Positions 1-9,318 of a stretch of 64,000 nt of DNA are shown piece after piece. The stretch spans positions 37,070 through 101,069 of the forward strand of contig JBHIAE010000005.1 of assembly GCA_046758445.1 (NCBI GenBank), read 5' to 3'. Below the pieces are notes generated by a model. The model was not told where the DNA came from, made no database searches, and was given only the letters and a program-made list of their open reading frames with translations. The position numbers and the translations under genes are program-made. The stretch is from Candidatus Thorarchaeota archaeon (GTDB taxonomy: Archaea; Asgardarchaeota; Thorarchaeia; Thorarchaeales; Thorarchaeaceae). Positions within the stretch are counted from its first letter, which is position 1. Every line of letters begins with the position of its first letter.

Positions 1-1068
1 AACTTCTATGCAGGTCCTGCAACACTACCGTTGCCCGCGCTCGAGAAGGCGCGAGAAGAGCTCCTAGACTTCGCCGGCACCGGCATGTCAATACTTGAGA
101 TCTCTCACAGATCAAAGGAATACGACAAGATGCACAATGAAGCAACTAAACTAATACGAGAGTTGATGGAGATACCGGAAGAGTACAAGGTTCTTTGGCT
201 TCAGGGTGGTGCATCAAGTCAGTTCTTTATGGCTCCTGTCAACTTGCAGATGCCAGGGAAACCTATGCAGTACGTGGACACGGGAACATGGTCATCGAAG
301 GCACTGAAAGAGGCAAAGCTCTATGGAGAGGTACAGGTCGTAGCCTCGTCTGAGGATGACAACTACTCCTACATTCCAAAAGATGTAGGATTCAGTGAGA
401 ATGCAGCCTTTGCCCACATTACGAGCAACAACACAATCTATGGGACACAATGGCAGCGATGGCCTGAAGTGCCAGACTCAGTTCCACTCGTCTGTGACAT
501 GTCTTCTGACCTCTTGGCTAGGAGAATCAACGTGAAGGACTTCGGCGTGATCTATGCTGGTGCGCAAAAGAACCTCGGACCTGCTGGAGTCACACTTGTC
601 GTGTTGAGAGAGGATTTAGTTGAGAGAGTGGCTGAAGATGTTCCAACACTAATGAAGTGGAAGACTGAGGTGGAAAAGAACTCGTTGTTTCATACCCCTC
701 CGTGCTTTGCGATATACATATCCAAGCTTGCACTTGAATACTGGAAGGAAGTCGGGGGTATTGCCAAGATAGAGAAGCAAAACAGGGAGAAGGCCAAGAT
801 TCTCTACGATGTGATTGATGGCTCAGATGGGTTCTACAGAGGACATGCGAGGGAAGACTCTAGGTCTCTCATGAACGTCACGTTTACTTTGGCGAATGCC
901 GACCTCGAAGCCAAAGCCGTTGCTGAAGGACTAGAGCATGACCTCGTAGGTCTGAAGGGACATCGATCCGTGGGAGGCATGAGAGCGTCCATCTACAATG
1001 CGATGACAATGGAAGGCACCAAGAAGCTAGCAGAGTTCATGACTCGTTTCAAAGAGAACAATCAGTAG
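1..1068 (+). CDS. serC: Phosphoserine aminotransferase (5' partial; reading frame continues from before the window)
   Basis: Frame 1 is open from nucleotide 1 and translates NFYAGPATLP..., the classic SerC N-terminal 'NFSAGPA' region. It continues with 'EISHRSKEY' and 'YKVLWLQGGASSQF'. Position 31 is an internal TTG, not the real start. Confidence 0.85.
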   Translation, partial: NFYAGPATLPLPALEKAREELLDFAGTGMSILEISHRSKEYDKMHNEATKLIRELMEIPEEYKVLWLQGGASSQFFMAPVNLQMPGKPMQYVDTGTWSSKALKEAKLYGEVQVVASSEDDNYSYIPKDVGFSENAAFAHITSNNTIYGTQWQRWPEVPDSVPLVCDMSSDLLARRINVKDFGVIYAGAQKNLGPAGVTLVVLREDLVERVAEDVPTLMKWKTEVEKNSLFHTPPCFAIYISKLALEYWKEVGGIAKIEKQNREKAKILYDVIDGSDGFYRGHAREDSRSLMNVTFTLANADLEAKAVAEGLEHDLVGLKGHRSVGGMRASIYNAMTMEGTKKLAEFMTRFKENNQ

Positions 1069-1126
1069 CGTCAATCGCCACGAACAAATGCGAAGTTCTT
1101 CTCCTTGATTGGGAGTCAAATCGCTG

Positions 1127-1774
1127 CTAGCGGTACTGCTTTACAGTCCTCAGAAACTTCTTGACGTTCTCTGTTATGATTTCGAAACGACCTTCACTGA
1201 TAGCCTTCTTGTCAGTGATGGCACTACCGACCCCTAGAGCAAATGCTCCAGCCTCCAGAAGTGGGCCTGCCGTTTCAAGATTGACGCCGCCAGTCGGCAC
1301 AAGAGGAATCTGCGGAAGCGGCGCTCTGATCGCTTTTATGTATGCCGCACCACCTAGGTTTCCACAGGGAAACACCTTGACAGCATCAGCTCCCAAAGTG
1401 TAGGCATCAAGAATCTCAGATGGGGTCATTGCGCCTGGAATGCACGCCTTTGAGTGTCTTTGGGCCGCCTCGATGAGTTCTCTTGAGTACCCCGGGCTCA
1501 CAATGAATTCGCTACCTGCCTGTACGGCCTCATCTACCATCTCTGCGTTGAGAACAGTTCCAGTGCCTATGAGTACTTTGTTTCCAAGCTTCTGAGTCAG
1601 CTTGCGGACTACCTCAGTAGCACCCGGCACACTGAAGGTAACCTCAATGATGTTGACTCCACCTTCCAGAAACGCCTCCGCCACATTGAACGCCTTTTCG
1701 GTTGAGTCTACTCTAATGATTGGGATCAGACCTGTTTCATACACAAGATCCATTACCTTCTTTTTGTTCCACAC
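1127..1774 (-). CDS. eda: 2-dehydro-3-deoxyphosphogluconate (KDPG) / 4-hydroxy-2-oxoglutarate aldolase
   Basis: Matches Eda hallmarks along its length: 'IPIIRV', 'GGVNIIEVTF', 'IGTGTVLN', 'EFIVSPG', 'IPGAMTPSEI', the Schiff-base lysine context 'VKVFPC', and 'PTGGV'. Confidence 0.8.
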   Translation of the reverse strand: MWNKKKVMDLVYETGLIPIIRVDSTEKAFNVAEAFLEGGVNIIEVTFSVPGATEVVRKLTQKLGNKVLIGTGTVLNAEMVDEAVQAGSEFIVSPGYSRELIEAAQRHSKACIPGAMTPSEILDAYTLGADAVKVFPCGNLGGAAYIKAIRAPLPQIPLVPTGGVNLETAGPLLEAGAFALGVGSAITDKKAISEGRFEIITENVKKFLRTVKQYR

Positions 1775-1786
1775 TTAAGCCAGCAC

Positions 1787-2782
1787 CTACCTGTCTATTC
1801 GGAGACCTCTCTCTCGACCCTTTATCAGCTTCTCAACTTCAGACTTGTATACAAATGCCAAATCGCCGGGGACTGAATGCTTCAGAGCAGAGAACGCTGA
1901 ACCAAAGTCTACGGCTTTCTGCAGATCTTTCAGGATTAGATATCCATAGATGAAGCCGGCACTGCATGAGTCCCCTCCTCCGAGACGGTCCACAACTTCG
2001 ACATCGTATGTGCGGCTTCGGTACACCTTTCCGTCCGAGTAGGCGAACACAGACCATTTGTTCTGCCATACTGATGGAGTTTCACGTAGTGTAATGACGA
2101 CCACCTCAAAGCCAAACTTGTCAGTCAGCTTCTTAGCGACCTCCTCGCAGTCCTTTCCTTCAATCCCGTAGACTGTCTTTGTGTCCTCTTCAGTGGTTAT
2201 CAGGATGTCAATGTGCTCTGACGCCGGTCCAGTGAACTTGTTTGCCTCCTTTGGAGTCCAGAGCTTGCCTCGGTAGTTCACATCGTATGATACTTTGCAC
2301 CCCTGCTTCTGTGCCGCCGCGAGCACCTCATTGGTTGCTTCTGCACAGGACGGACTGAGGGCCGGCGTGATTCCACTTGTGTGAAACAACTTTGTGCCTT
2401 TGAGAATGTCTTTCCAACTCACTTCCCCCGGCTTTATCTTGCTAATTGCTGATTCTCTTCGGTCATAGATGACACGGTTAGTTCTTGGAGCTGCTCCGAA
2501 CTCCACGAAGTATACTCCACATCTGCTATCGGAGTCCCAGAGGATGTGTGACGTATCAACACCGTGTTCGCGCGCCTTGTTGCGAATGAAGTGACCAATT
2601 GAATTGTCGCCTAACTTGGTAACATAAGCCGACTCGAGTCCAAGTCGGGCACAGGCAACTGCCACATTCATCTCCGCTCCCCCGGCATGTGCATCAAAGC
2701 CAGTTGTCTGTTCAAATCTCATGAAGTTGGGCGGTGAGAGTCTGAGCATGACTTCACCAAAGGTTACTACATCATATCCCAT
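1787..2782 (-). CDS. PfkB-family sugar kinase, probably 2-keto-3-deoxygluconate kinase
   Basis: C-terminal PfkB signature 'DRLGGGDSCSAGFIYG' and a typical N-terminal glycine-rich start. It is adjacent to eda and probably co-transcribed with it. Confidence 0.7.
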   Translation of the reverse strand: MGYDVVTFGEVMLRLSPPNFMRFEQTTGFDAHAGGAEMNVAVACARLGLESAYVTKLGDNSIGHFIRNKAREHGVDTSHILWDSDSRCGVYFVEFGAAPRTNRVIYDRRESAISKIKPGEVSWKDILKGTKLFHTSGITPALSPSCAEATNEVLAAAQKQGCKVSYDVNYRGKLWTPKEANKFTGPASEHIDILITTEEDTKTVYGIEGKDCEEVAKKLTDKFGFEVVVITLRETPSVWQNKWSVFAYSDGKVYRSRTYDVEVVDRLGGGDSCSAGFIYGYLILKDLQKAVDFGSAFSALKHSVPGDLAFVYKSEVEKLIKGRERGLRIDR

Positions 2783-2862
2783 TAGACCACTCTCGAGCGT
2801 TCAGGCAAACAAGTGGGTTGTTTAGTGGTCTAAATGTTAAATCTGTCGTCAATGATACCTTT

Positions 2863-5208
2863 CTAGCTGCTTCTCGAGAACTCCGTCCGTGCAATCACCT
2901 CATCCTGCACGAATGGATCTAGTTCTATGAAGTAAGCGCTATACCCTGCTACTCTGACTATAAGGTCTCTATGCTGCAAAGGATTGATTTTGGCATCTTC
3001 TAGAGTTTCTTTGTCGACCACATTGAATTGTACGTGCAGTCCACCTAAGGCAAAGTAGCCCTCGATAAGACTAATGAACTTCTTCCGACTCGTGAGAGTG
3101 TCAAAGTAGTCTGGTGTGAATTTCATATTGTACAGTGTCCCATTGTAGCAGAGTCTATGGTCCAAACGCGCCACCGACTTCATGGCCGCTGTGGGACCAC
3201 GTACATCTCGATTCTGTGTTGGCGATACGCCATCAGACAACATTATCCCTGCTTTTCTTCCATCCGGCGTTGCCCCGAGCACCTCTCCCTGGGGAATATA
3301 CATAGATACCGAGAACAATGCACCATGGTATGGGCCGTTTCTTGTAGTCATTCGGCTCTGAATTGACTTGCAGAACGCCCTGCCTGTGTCACGCGCGAGA
3401 AAGTCCACGCTCTCTATGTCGTTTCCATACTTGTCCGGATCATTCTCAAGGCGGACCCGAAGGTCCTCATGACCTTCAAAGTTGGTTGCAAGAGCATCAA
3501 GCATCTCTTCCATGGGGATACTCTTCTCTTCAAACACATGTTTCCTTAACATCGAAAGAGAATCTGCAACAATCCCAACTCCAACCCCCATTATGCCTCC
3601 GGAGTTGTATCTGACGCCTCCGTCTTGCATTGTCATTCCGTTTTCAAGGCAACCGTCAAGAAGTGCAGATATGAAGGGGGTTGGTGTCATCTTAGAAAGC
3701 ATACCAGCCGCGATTCTGTCAGCTCTCGTGAGGAGTTCGATCGCATGGTCAATCTGCTTCTCATAGGCCCCCCACAGTTCATCGAACGATTTGAACTCGT
3801 TCGGATCACCAGTTTCTAGCCCTACGAGCGTTCTGCTTCGGGGGTCCCTTCCGTTGTTCAGAGTTATCTCAAGTATCTTAGGCAGATTCACATAACCGAT
3901 ATTCTGTCTGGCATCTGTCTTGCCTTCGATAATTGGTTCGACACAGCCCAGAATTGAGTAGTTGTGAGCCTCATCCAGGTCTGTGCCCTTGTCAATCATC
4001 GTTGGTATTATGACCTCATCGTTGAAGATCCCTGGCATTCCAAGCCCCTTAGAGACCACATCGACAACTTTCAGCTTGAACTCTTCCGGCGTGCCTTGAT
4101 GCCATCTGAAAGAAACTGTTGGTTGGGTGACTCTCACGTTCGCCGTCACTTCGAGGACCAAGTCAGTCAGTTCATTACATACGTCTTTCCCTTCTGCGTC
4201 CTGACCCCCAATGGTCAGGTTCTGAAACATAGGGAACCCTGCAAAGGCAACACTGTAGTACTCGTTTCTCAGTTTGATGAGCGAGGCGAACTTGATCCAC
4301 AGCATTTCAAGAAGGGCAACTGCATCGTCCCTTGTCAGTTCCCCTGAATCGATACTCTTCTTGTAGAGAGGATACAAGTACTGATCGAATCTACCAGTCG
4401 AAATGGAATGGCCATTTGACTCGGTCTGCACCAACAATTGAATGAACCAGAACGACTGTATTGCCTCACGGAAGGTTCTGGCAGACTTGGCTGGCACCCT
4501 TCGACATATCTCTGCTATCTTCAGTAGCTCTTCTCTTCTGTCCGCATCTTCCTCTTGATGGGCAAGACTCTCAGCCAAGTCAGCAAACCTGTGTGCGTAG
4601 TGAATAATCCCTTCCATAGCAATCTCGACAGACTCGTAGAAATGTTTCTGATTTGTTTCTTCGGCCCGCTTCTTTCGGTCAGATGCTTCCTCGGCAATCG
4701 CTTCAAGGCCTTCCTCTATTACTCTCTGATAATCAACAATGACATGGCCTATTCCCGTTCCAGGAGCTCCTATCGTGAACAGTCCGGCTTTCGAAGCGCG
4801 CTGAGACTCCATCGGCATTTCTTCTTTGCACAGCTCGGAGGTGCTCTTTCCACGCCAATACTCGAACACCTCTCTCAGTGCTTCTTTGTCTTTCTCGCCT
4901 ATCTCAAATCTCTCTGTCCTTCTCTTGTTGAATCGGTCCAACTCTTGATTGATCCATGTCCAACTGTATTCCGGGAAGATCTGACAAGAACGGGGAGTGG
5001 GTCCCATGTTTCCAACTATGATCTCTTCCGGCTCTATACGGAGTGTCATGTTGGCGAGAACATGTGAGAAAGCCTTGGCAAGTCGAATCTGTGTTGGTTC
5101 CTCTTCATGACTCATGACGTAGTCTGTGAACCGCCTGGCTCTCTCAGATGATATTGTTGGCTGAGCCTCTAACATTCTATCGCGCAAGCGACCGGTCCGA
5201 GAGTTCAT
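2863..5208 (-). CDS. Glycyl radical enzyme (PFL2 / dehydratase-lyase clade, single active-site Cys)
   Basis: 781 aa. C-terminal glycine-radical motif 'RVAGYSAYF', active-site loop 'GCVEP' with a single Cys, and size typical of the family. Confidence 0.85.
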   Translation of the reverse strand: MNSRTGRLRDRMLEAQPTISSERARRFTDYVMSHEEEPTQIRLAKAFSHVLANMTLRIEPEEIIVGNMGPTPRSCQIFPEYSWTWINQELDRFNKRRTERFEIGEKDKEALREVFEYWRGKSTSELCKEEMPMESQRASKAGLFTIGAPGTGIGHVIVDYQRVIEEGLEAIAEEASDRKKRAEETNQKHFYESVEIAMEGIIHYAHRFADLAESLAHQEEDADRREELLKIAEICRRVPAKSARTFREAIQSFWFIQLLVQTESNGHSISTGRFDQYLYPLYKKSIDSGELTRDDAVALLEMLWIKFASLIKLRNEYYSVAFAGFPMFQNLTIGGQDAEGKDVCNELTDLVLEVTANVRVTQPTVSFRWHQGTPEEFKLKVVDVVSKGLGMPGIFNDEVIIPTMIDKGTDLDEAHNYSILGCVEPIIEGKTDARQNIGYVNLPKILEITLNNGRDPRSRTLVGLETGDPNEFKSFDELWGAYEKQIDHAIELLTRADRIAAGMLSKMTPTPFISALLDGCLENGMTMQDGGVRYNSGGIMGVGVGIVADSLSMLRKHVFEEKSIPMEEMLDALATNFEGHEDLRVRLENDPDKYGNDIESVDFLARDTGRAFCKSIQSRMTTRNGPYHGALFSVSMYIPQGEVLGATPDGRKAGIMLSDGVSPTQNRDVRGPTAAMKSVARLDHRLCYNGTLYNMKFTPDYFDTLTSRKKFISLIEGYFALGGLHVQFNVVDKETLEDAKINPLQHRDLIVRVAGYSAYFIELDPFVQDEVIARTEFSRSS

Positions 5209-5261
5209 CCCATGCAGTATCTCCCAGAGAGCTATTTACTCTTCCTCTTGCGGTCTTTCTT

Positions 5262-6473
5262 CTACTTGAGAAGCTTTGGAACGTAGGAATCCAACCGCTG
5301 GATGGCTTCTTCAATCACTTCAGTAGACATGGCGTAGCATATGCGCAGGAATCCTTCGCCGTACTTGCCGAAGGCAGAGCCATGGACGGTAACAACACCT
5401 GTTTCTTCCAGAAGTCTGATTGCCAAGTCCCAGCTGGCCAATCCATACCTTGAAACATCAGGGAACACATAGAAAGCTCCGCCTGGTGGACTCAGTTCTA
5501 TTCCTTCTATTGCCTGAAGCCCCTTGGTAATGGTATCACGGCGTCTTCGGAACGTATCTGTCATCCTCTTCACAGAATCTTGGGGCCCTCTTACTGCCGC
5601 CTCGGCCGCCTTCTGAGATATTGAGGTTGGCATGGACAGGACGTGTTCTTGTAACTTCACCATACTCGATATTATCTCAGATGGCCCAGTCGAGAAACCA
5701 ATTCGCCATCCAGTCATCGCGTAGGTCTTAGAGAATGAGAAGAGCGTAACAGTTCTCTCCTTCATTCCGGGCAGAGAAGCAATGAACAAGGGCTTTTCAT
5801 CATCCCATCGGAACTTCTCGTATGCTTGGTCGGATAAGACCACGAGATCGTTTTCAATGGCAATCTCAGCCACTCTCTTCAGTTCCTTCGCGGGCATTGT
5901 GCCCCCTGTAGGATTGTTCGGGAAGTTGAGTACGAGCAGCTTCGTTTTGTCTGTGATAAGGGGTTCAAGATCTTCTGCTTTGAAGGAGAACCCAAGGTCT
6001 CTCTTGAGCTGCACAGCGATACCTTTGCCGCCACACAAAGTGACATGCGCCGGGTGGCTGACAAATCCGGGATCAGGATAGATTACTTCGTCGCCGGGGT
6101 CGACAAGCACAAGGTTTGCGAGAAGCAGAGACCCCATCCCACCACCCGTGCAGATAATCTCGGTCTTGGGATCCGCCTCTATTCCGTTGTCTCGTTTCAG
6201 TTTCTCCGCAAATGCCTCACGGACTTCCAGCATTCCGGCATTCAACGTGTATTTTGTGTATCCCTCATCGATGGCTCTCTTGGCAGCATCTTTGATATAC
6301 TGAGGTGTGTCGAAATCTGGAAGTCCAACTGTCATGTCGAGTGCGTTCTCATGTCCTTTGGCCATGTTGAACATCTTGCGAATTTCGCTTGCAACAATCA
6401 TTTGGTTCCTCTGAGCGAGCATGGGACATCTCCTCGAGCACGCGGAGCCTTGCCTCTTTATATAATATGTCAA
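5262..6473 (-). CDS. Class I/II PLP-dependent aminotransferase (aspartate aminotransferase family)
   Basis: 'NFPNNPTG' motif and the PLP-lysine motif 'SFSKTYAMTGWRIG'. Confidence 0.8.
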   Translation of the reverse strand: MTYYIKRQGSACSRRCPMLAQRNQMIVASEIRKMFNMAKGHENALDMTVGLPDFDTPQYIKDAAKRAIDEGYTKYTLNAGMLEVREAFAEKLKRDNGIEADPKTEIICTGGGMGSLLLANLVLVDPGDEVIYPDPGFVSHPAHVTLCGGKGIAVQLKRDLGFSFKAEDLEPLITDKTKLLVLNFPNNPTGGTMPAKELKRVAEIAIENDLVVLSDQAYEKFRWDDEKPLFIASLPGMKERTVTLFSFSKTYAMTGWRIGFSTGPSEIISSMVKLQEHVLSMPTSISQKAAEAAVRGPQDSVKRMTDTFRRRRDTITKGLQAIEGIELSPPGGAFYVFPDVSRYGLASWDLAIRLLEETGVVTVHGSAFGKYGEGFLRICYAMSTEVIEEAIQRLDSYVPKLLK

Positions 6474-6575
6474 TGGGGTCCGATTCAGAGGTCAGAGATT
6501 GAAGACAATGCGTCAGAGTAGATTTAAGGCACTTGTCGGACGTGGCGCAGTATCTCTACAAATGGAGGCCACCAT

Positions 6576-7244
6576 GTGACCAGCAAGAAGACAAAGATAA
6601 TCGATAGGACCCTTAGACTGTATGTAGCAGCGCTATCCGACGCGGCTGATGAAGTTGGGATTGGAAGGGTATGTATGGATCGCGGTATTGTCCCACTGAC
6701 CATCAACAAGAGGATGGCCGGATTTGCTAGAACTGGAAAGCTAGTAAGACCTCCAGCTCAGCGGCCATATGATGAGGCACAGCTAGACATGTTCATGAGT
6801 CTCGCAACAGAGGCCCAGGTTGATGATCTGGTCGTAATCGATTCTGGAAAGGCCGATGATTGCTCTGTCTGGGGTCAGATCCTCACGAAAATCGGGATAG
6901 CAAAGGGACTAAGAGGGGCAGTCGTGGACGGGACCTCACGCGATATCGATGACATAGACAAGACAGGATTCGTAGTCTTTGCGCGTGGGTTGCATCCTGG
7001 GACCATGAGGGGACGCCTTGACATGGAGTCGATTAGTGAGCCGATTGTTTGCGGTGGCGTGACTGTCCATCCGGGTGATCTTGTCTTTGCTGACGCTGAT
7101 GGTGTTGCTGTCATTCCTCAAGACAAGATAGATGCGGTTCTTACGCATGCCGAGGAAGTTGTAGACACAGACAGCTGGTGGGCAAAGAAGCTGGATGACG
7201 GCGAGGACCCCCACGACCTGCACAAAGAGAAACCGATACCCTAG
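6576..7244 (+). CDS. RraA-family protein (4-hydroxy-4-methyl-2-oxoglutarate aldolase / oxaloacetate decarboxylase-like)
   Basis: The 'GDLVFADADGVAVIP' and 'VVDGTSRDIDDI' motifs are typical of RraA/MenG-like proteins. The true start is probably an internal Met. Confidence 0.65.
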   Translation: MTSKKTKIIDRTLRLYVAALSDAADEVGIGRVCMDRGIVPLTINKRMAGFARTGKLVRPPAQRPYDEAQLDMFMSLATEAQVDDLVVIDSGKADDCSVWGQILTKIGIAKGLRGAVVDGTSRDIDDIDKTGFVVFARGLHPGTMRGRLDMESISEPIVCGGVTVHPGDLVFADADGVAVIPQDKIDAVLTHAEEVVDTDSWWAKKLDDGEDPHDLHKEKPIP

Positions 7245-7253
7245 CAGCAACGA

Positions 7254-8384
7254 TCACAAGTCAATTGGATACCGACCTCGTTTCTCGGCGTAGTCATACA
7301 TCTCCAGGACCTTCTCAGGTGTAGAGTCTGGCTGAATGTTGTGCGCAGGTGCTAGGAGATAGCCGCCTCCGGGAGCGAGTGCGTTTAGCCGTGTATCAAT
7401 CTCAGATCTGACATCCTCAAGCGTACCTCGTTCAGACATTGCGCGCTGAAGATCTATGCCACCATGGAAGGTCAATCGATCTCCGTACTTCTCCTTGAGG
7501 GTAGCGGAGTCCATGCCCTTTGCCAGGGGCTGGATAGGATTCAGAATGTCTACGCCCACGTCGATCAAGTCATCAATCATGGGCTCTATCGCTCCGCAAC
7601 TGTGAAAGAGAACCTTAACATTGGGAGCTCTCTTGTGAATGTCACCGTAGATCTTCTTGTGCCGCGGTTTGACAAGTTTCCGATACATTCGTGGGCTCAT
7701 TATCAGTCCATCTTGATGCCCCAGATCATCGCCAACCTGTACAAGGTCAAGGTACTCACCAACCTCATCTAGAAGCACGCGGTTCATGTCGAGGGCGAGC
7801 TGCATCGCCTTTTCCATCATTGCCTCTGCAAGTTTCGTGTTTTGACCTAGATCAATCAAGAATCTGTCAAACCCACGCATGTAGTGTTCCAGGATCTCGA
7901 AGACGCCCCACGGTCCTCCTACCATTCCCACAACTGCAGTATCGGTCTTCTCATGAAGATGCTTTGCCCATTCAACCACTCCCTCCATCCTGGAAGAATC
8001 GTCGGCGTCTGGCCACTCGTACTCCTCGATTTGCTCTACTTCTTCAAAGTCAGCCCAAGGAAAATGAGTCACTTCCCAATAGTAACCGACGTATTTTCCC
8101 CGGAATCCATACTCTGTGTCTGTGGAACCGTCAGGATAGGTCTTCATCTTGAAACTAGATGATTGTTTCATGTATACTCGACGGAAATCCACATGGAGTC
8201 GACGAAGCATCTCTTCGGAGATGTTCCAAGTTTCCATTATCCCCCACTCTTGGTCCTCTGTGGCGGTCACACCAAGGTGGTTTCGCAGACTCCTATAGGC
8301 CGCAGATGTGGTCCAATAGTCGATTGGGACTCTATCTGGTTCTTCGTGGCTTACGGCTCTATGGAATCTTTCTCTCGGCTTCAT
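7254..8384 (-). CDS. Uroporphyrinogen decarboxylase (URO-D) family protein, MtaA/CmuA-like methyltransferase fold
   Basis: N-terminal 'ERFHRAVSHEEPDRVPIDYW' is the URO-D family start, and the length (376 aa) fits. Confidence 0.65.
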   Translation of the reverse strand: MKPRERFHRAVSHEEPDRVPIDYWTTSAAYRSLRNHLGVTATEDQEWGIMETWNISEEMLRRLHVDFRRVYMKQSSSFKMKTYPDGSTDTEYGFRGKYVGYYWEVTHFPWADFEEVEQIEEYEWPDADDSSRMEGVVEWAKHLHEKTDTAVVGMVGGPWGVFEILEHYMRGFDRFLIDLGQNTKLAEAMMEKAMQLALDMNRVLLDEVGEYLDLVQVGDDLGHQDGLIMSPRMYRKLVKPRHKKIYGDIHKRAPNVKVLFHSCGAIEPMIDDLIDVGVDILNPIQPLAKGMDSATLKEKYGDRLTFHGGIDLQRAMSERGTLEDVRSEIDTRLNALAPGGGYLLAPAHNIQPDSTPEKVLEMYDYAEKRGRYPIDL

Positions 8385-8675
8385 GTTCCTTTGACTCCTT
8401 GTGTGTCACACAATGTACTGACTCGCAGTTTAACTTCCCGTTGAGATGCAATCTCTATTAAACCTTCAGCGGAAACGTTTATCTAGCTCACGGAGTTCAA
8501 GCGTCTTCCTAAGGAGGTTGTGCAAGATGGGAAAGATGAAGGTCGCGATTCTCTGTTGTCCAGAGGATTTCAGGATGGAATCGGTTGAAATCTGGAAACC
8601 GGGCCCGAGATGGCTCCTGATAAGCGTAGGACCTGTTAACGTGGGCAAGTATTTCGGACACGGGATGTATGAAGA

Positions 8676-9146
8676 ATGGTAGCACCATCTGCTGATGATG
8701 TTAGAGTAGTTGGTATGTCGACCGTTGCCTCCGCACATGTTGTCTACGTGGAAACCGTTCGGGCCGCCTTTGGTAAGAAGGGACTCGAAGCGCTGGCCGA
8801 AGCGAATCGTCTACATGGACTGGAGCTCGGGGAGCAGGGTGTCAAGGACGGAGGTCTCAGAAAGGGTGATTTGAATTCAATTCATGACTTCTTTGCAGCT
8901 GCATATCCGTACTTCGGATTTGTCCTGGAGATTGCTGATGCATCCGATCGACTGTTGGATCTGAAAGTGACTGAATGTCCATGGATTGACACTTTCCGTA
9001 CTAAGAACGCCAATGATGATATCTGCCACTGGGTCACGAAGATTGACGAAGGAATCGGTCAGGCCGTAGATCCCGGTCTCAGGATGACTCTTCCAATGTG
9101 TATGATGCGAGGAGATGACCACTGCATCTACAGATGGGAAAAATAG
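8676..9146 (+). CDS. Hypothetical protein
   Basis: 156-aa ORF with coding-like composition and no motif I recognise. Confidence 0.4.
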   Translation: MVAPSADDVRVVGMSTVASAHVVYVETVRAAFGKKGLEALAEANRLHGLELGEQGVKDGGLRKGDLNSIHDFFAAAYPYFGFVLEIADASDRLLDLKVTECPWIDTFRTKNANDDICHWVTKIDEGIGQAVDPGLRMTLPMCMMRGDDHCIYRWEK

Positions 9147-9318
9147 CATCTGAGTAAGTCAAATCGACTCAAATCCAACAGGCATCTTTGCCTACGAGGT
9201 CCGCGGCCACGTTCCGTCTTCAAACGACTTTAAATCAAATTAAGACACACCGGAGCTCTTAATTAACACCTTCTGAATCACCAGTGATTTGAGGATGATT
9301 GTCTGCAGCTAGACACTT

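Noticed and set aside
3157-5067. Multiple 60-170-aa ORFs on the plus strand inside the glycyl-radical-enzyme gene. Similar ORFs lie inside AOR, the subtilase, the permease and other long genes.
   Set aside because: They are nested antisense or off-frame ORFs within long, well-supported genes. They have no motifs. They are typical shadows in about 50% GC DNA.
7254-8384. Methanol or methylamine corrinoid methyltransferase system
   Set aside because: Only the URO-D-like (MtaA-like) component is present. There is no corrinoid protein or MtaB/MttB-like gene in the window, so a methylotrophy module cannot be claimed.
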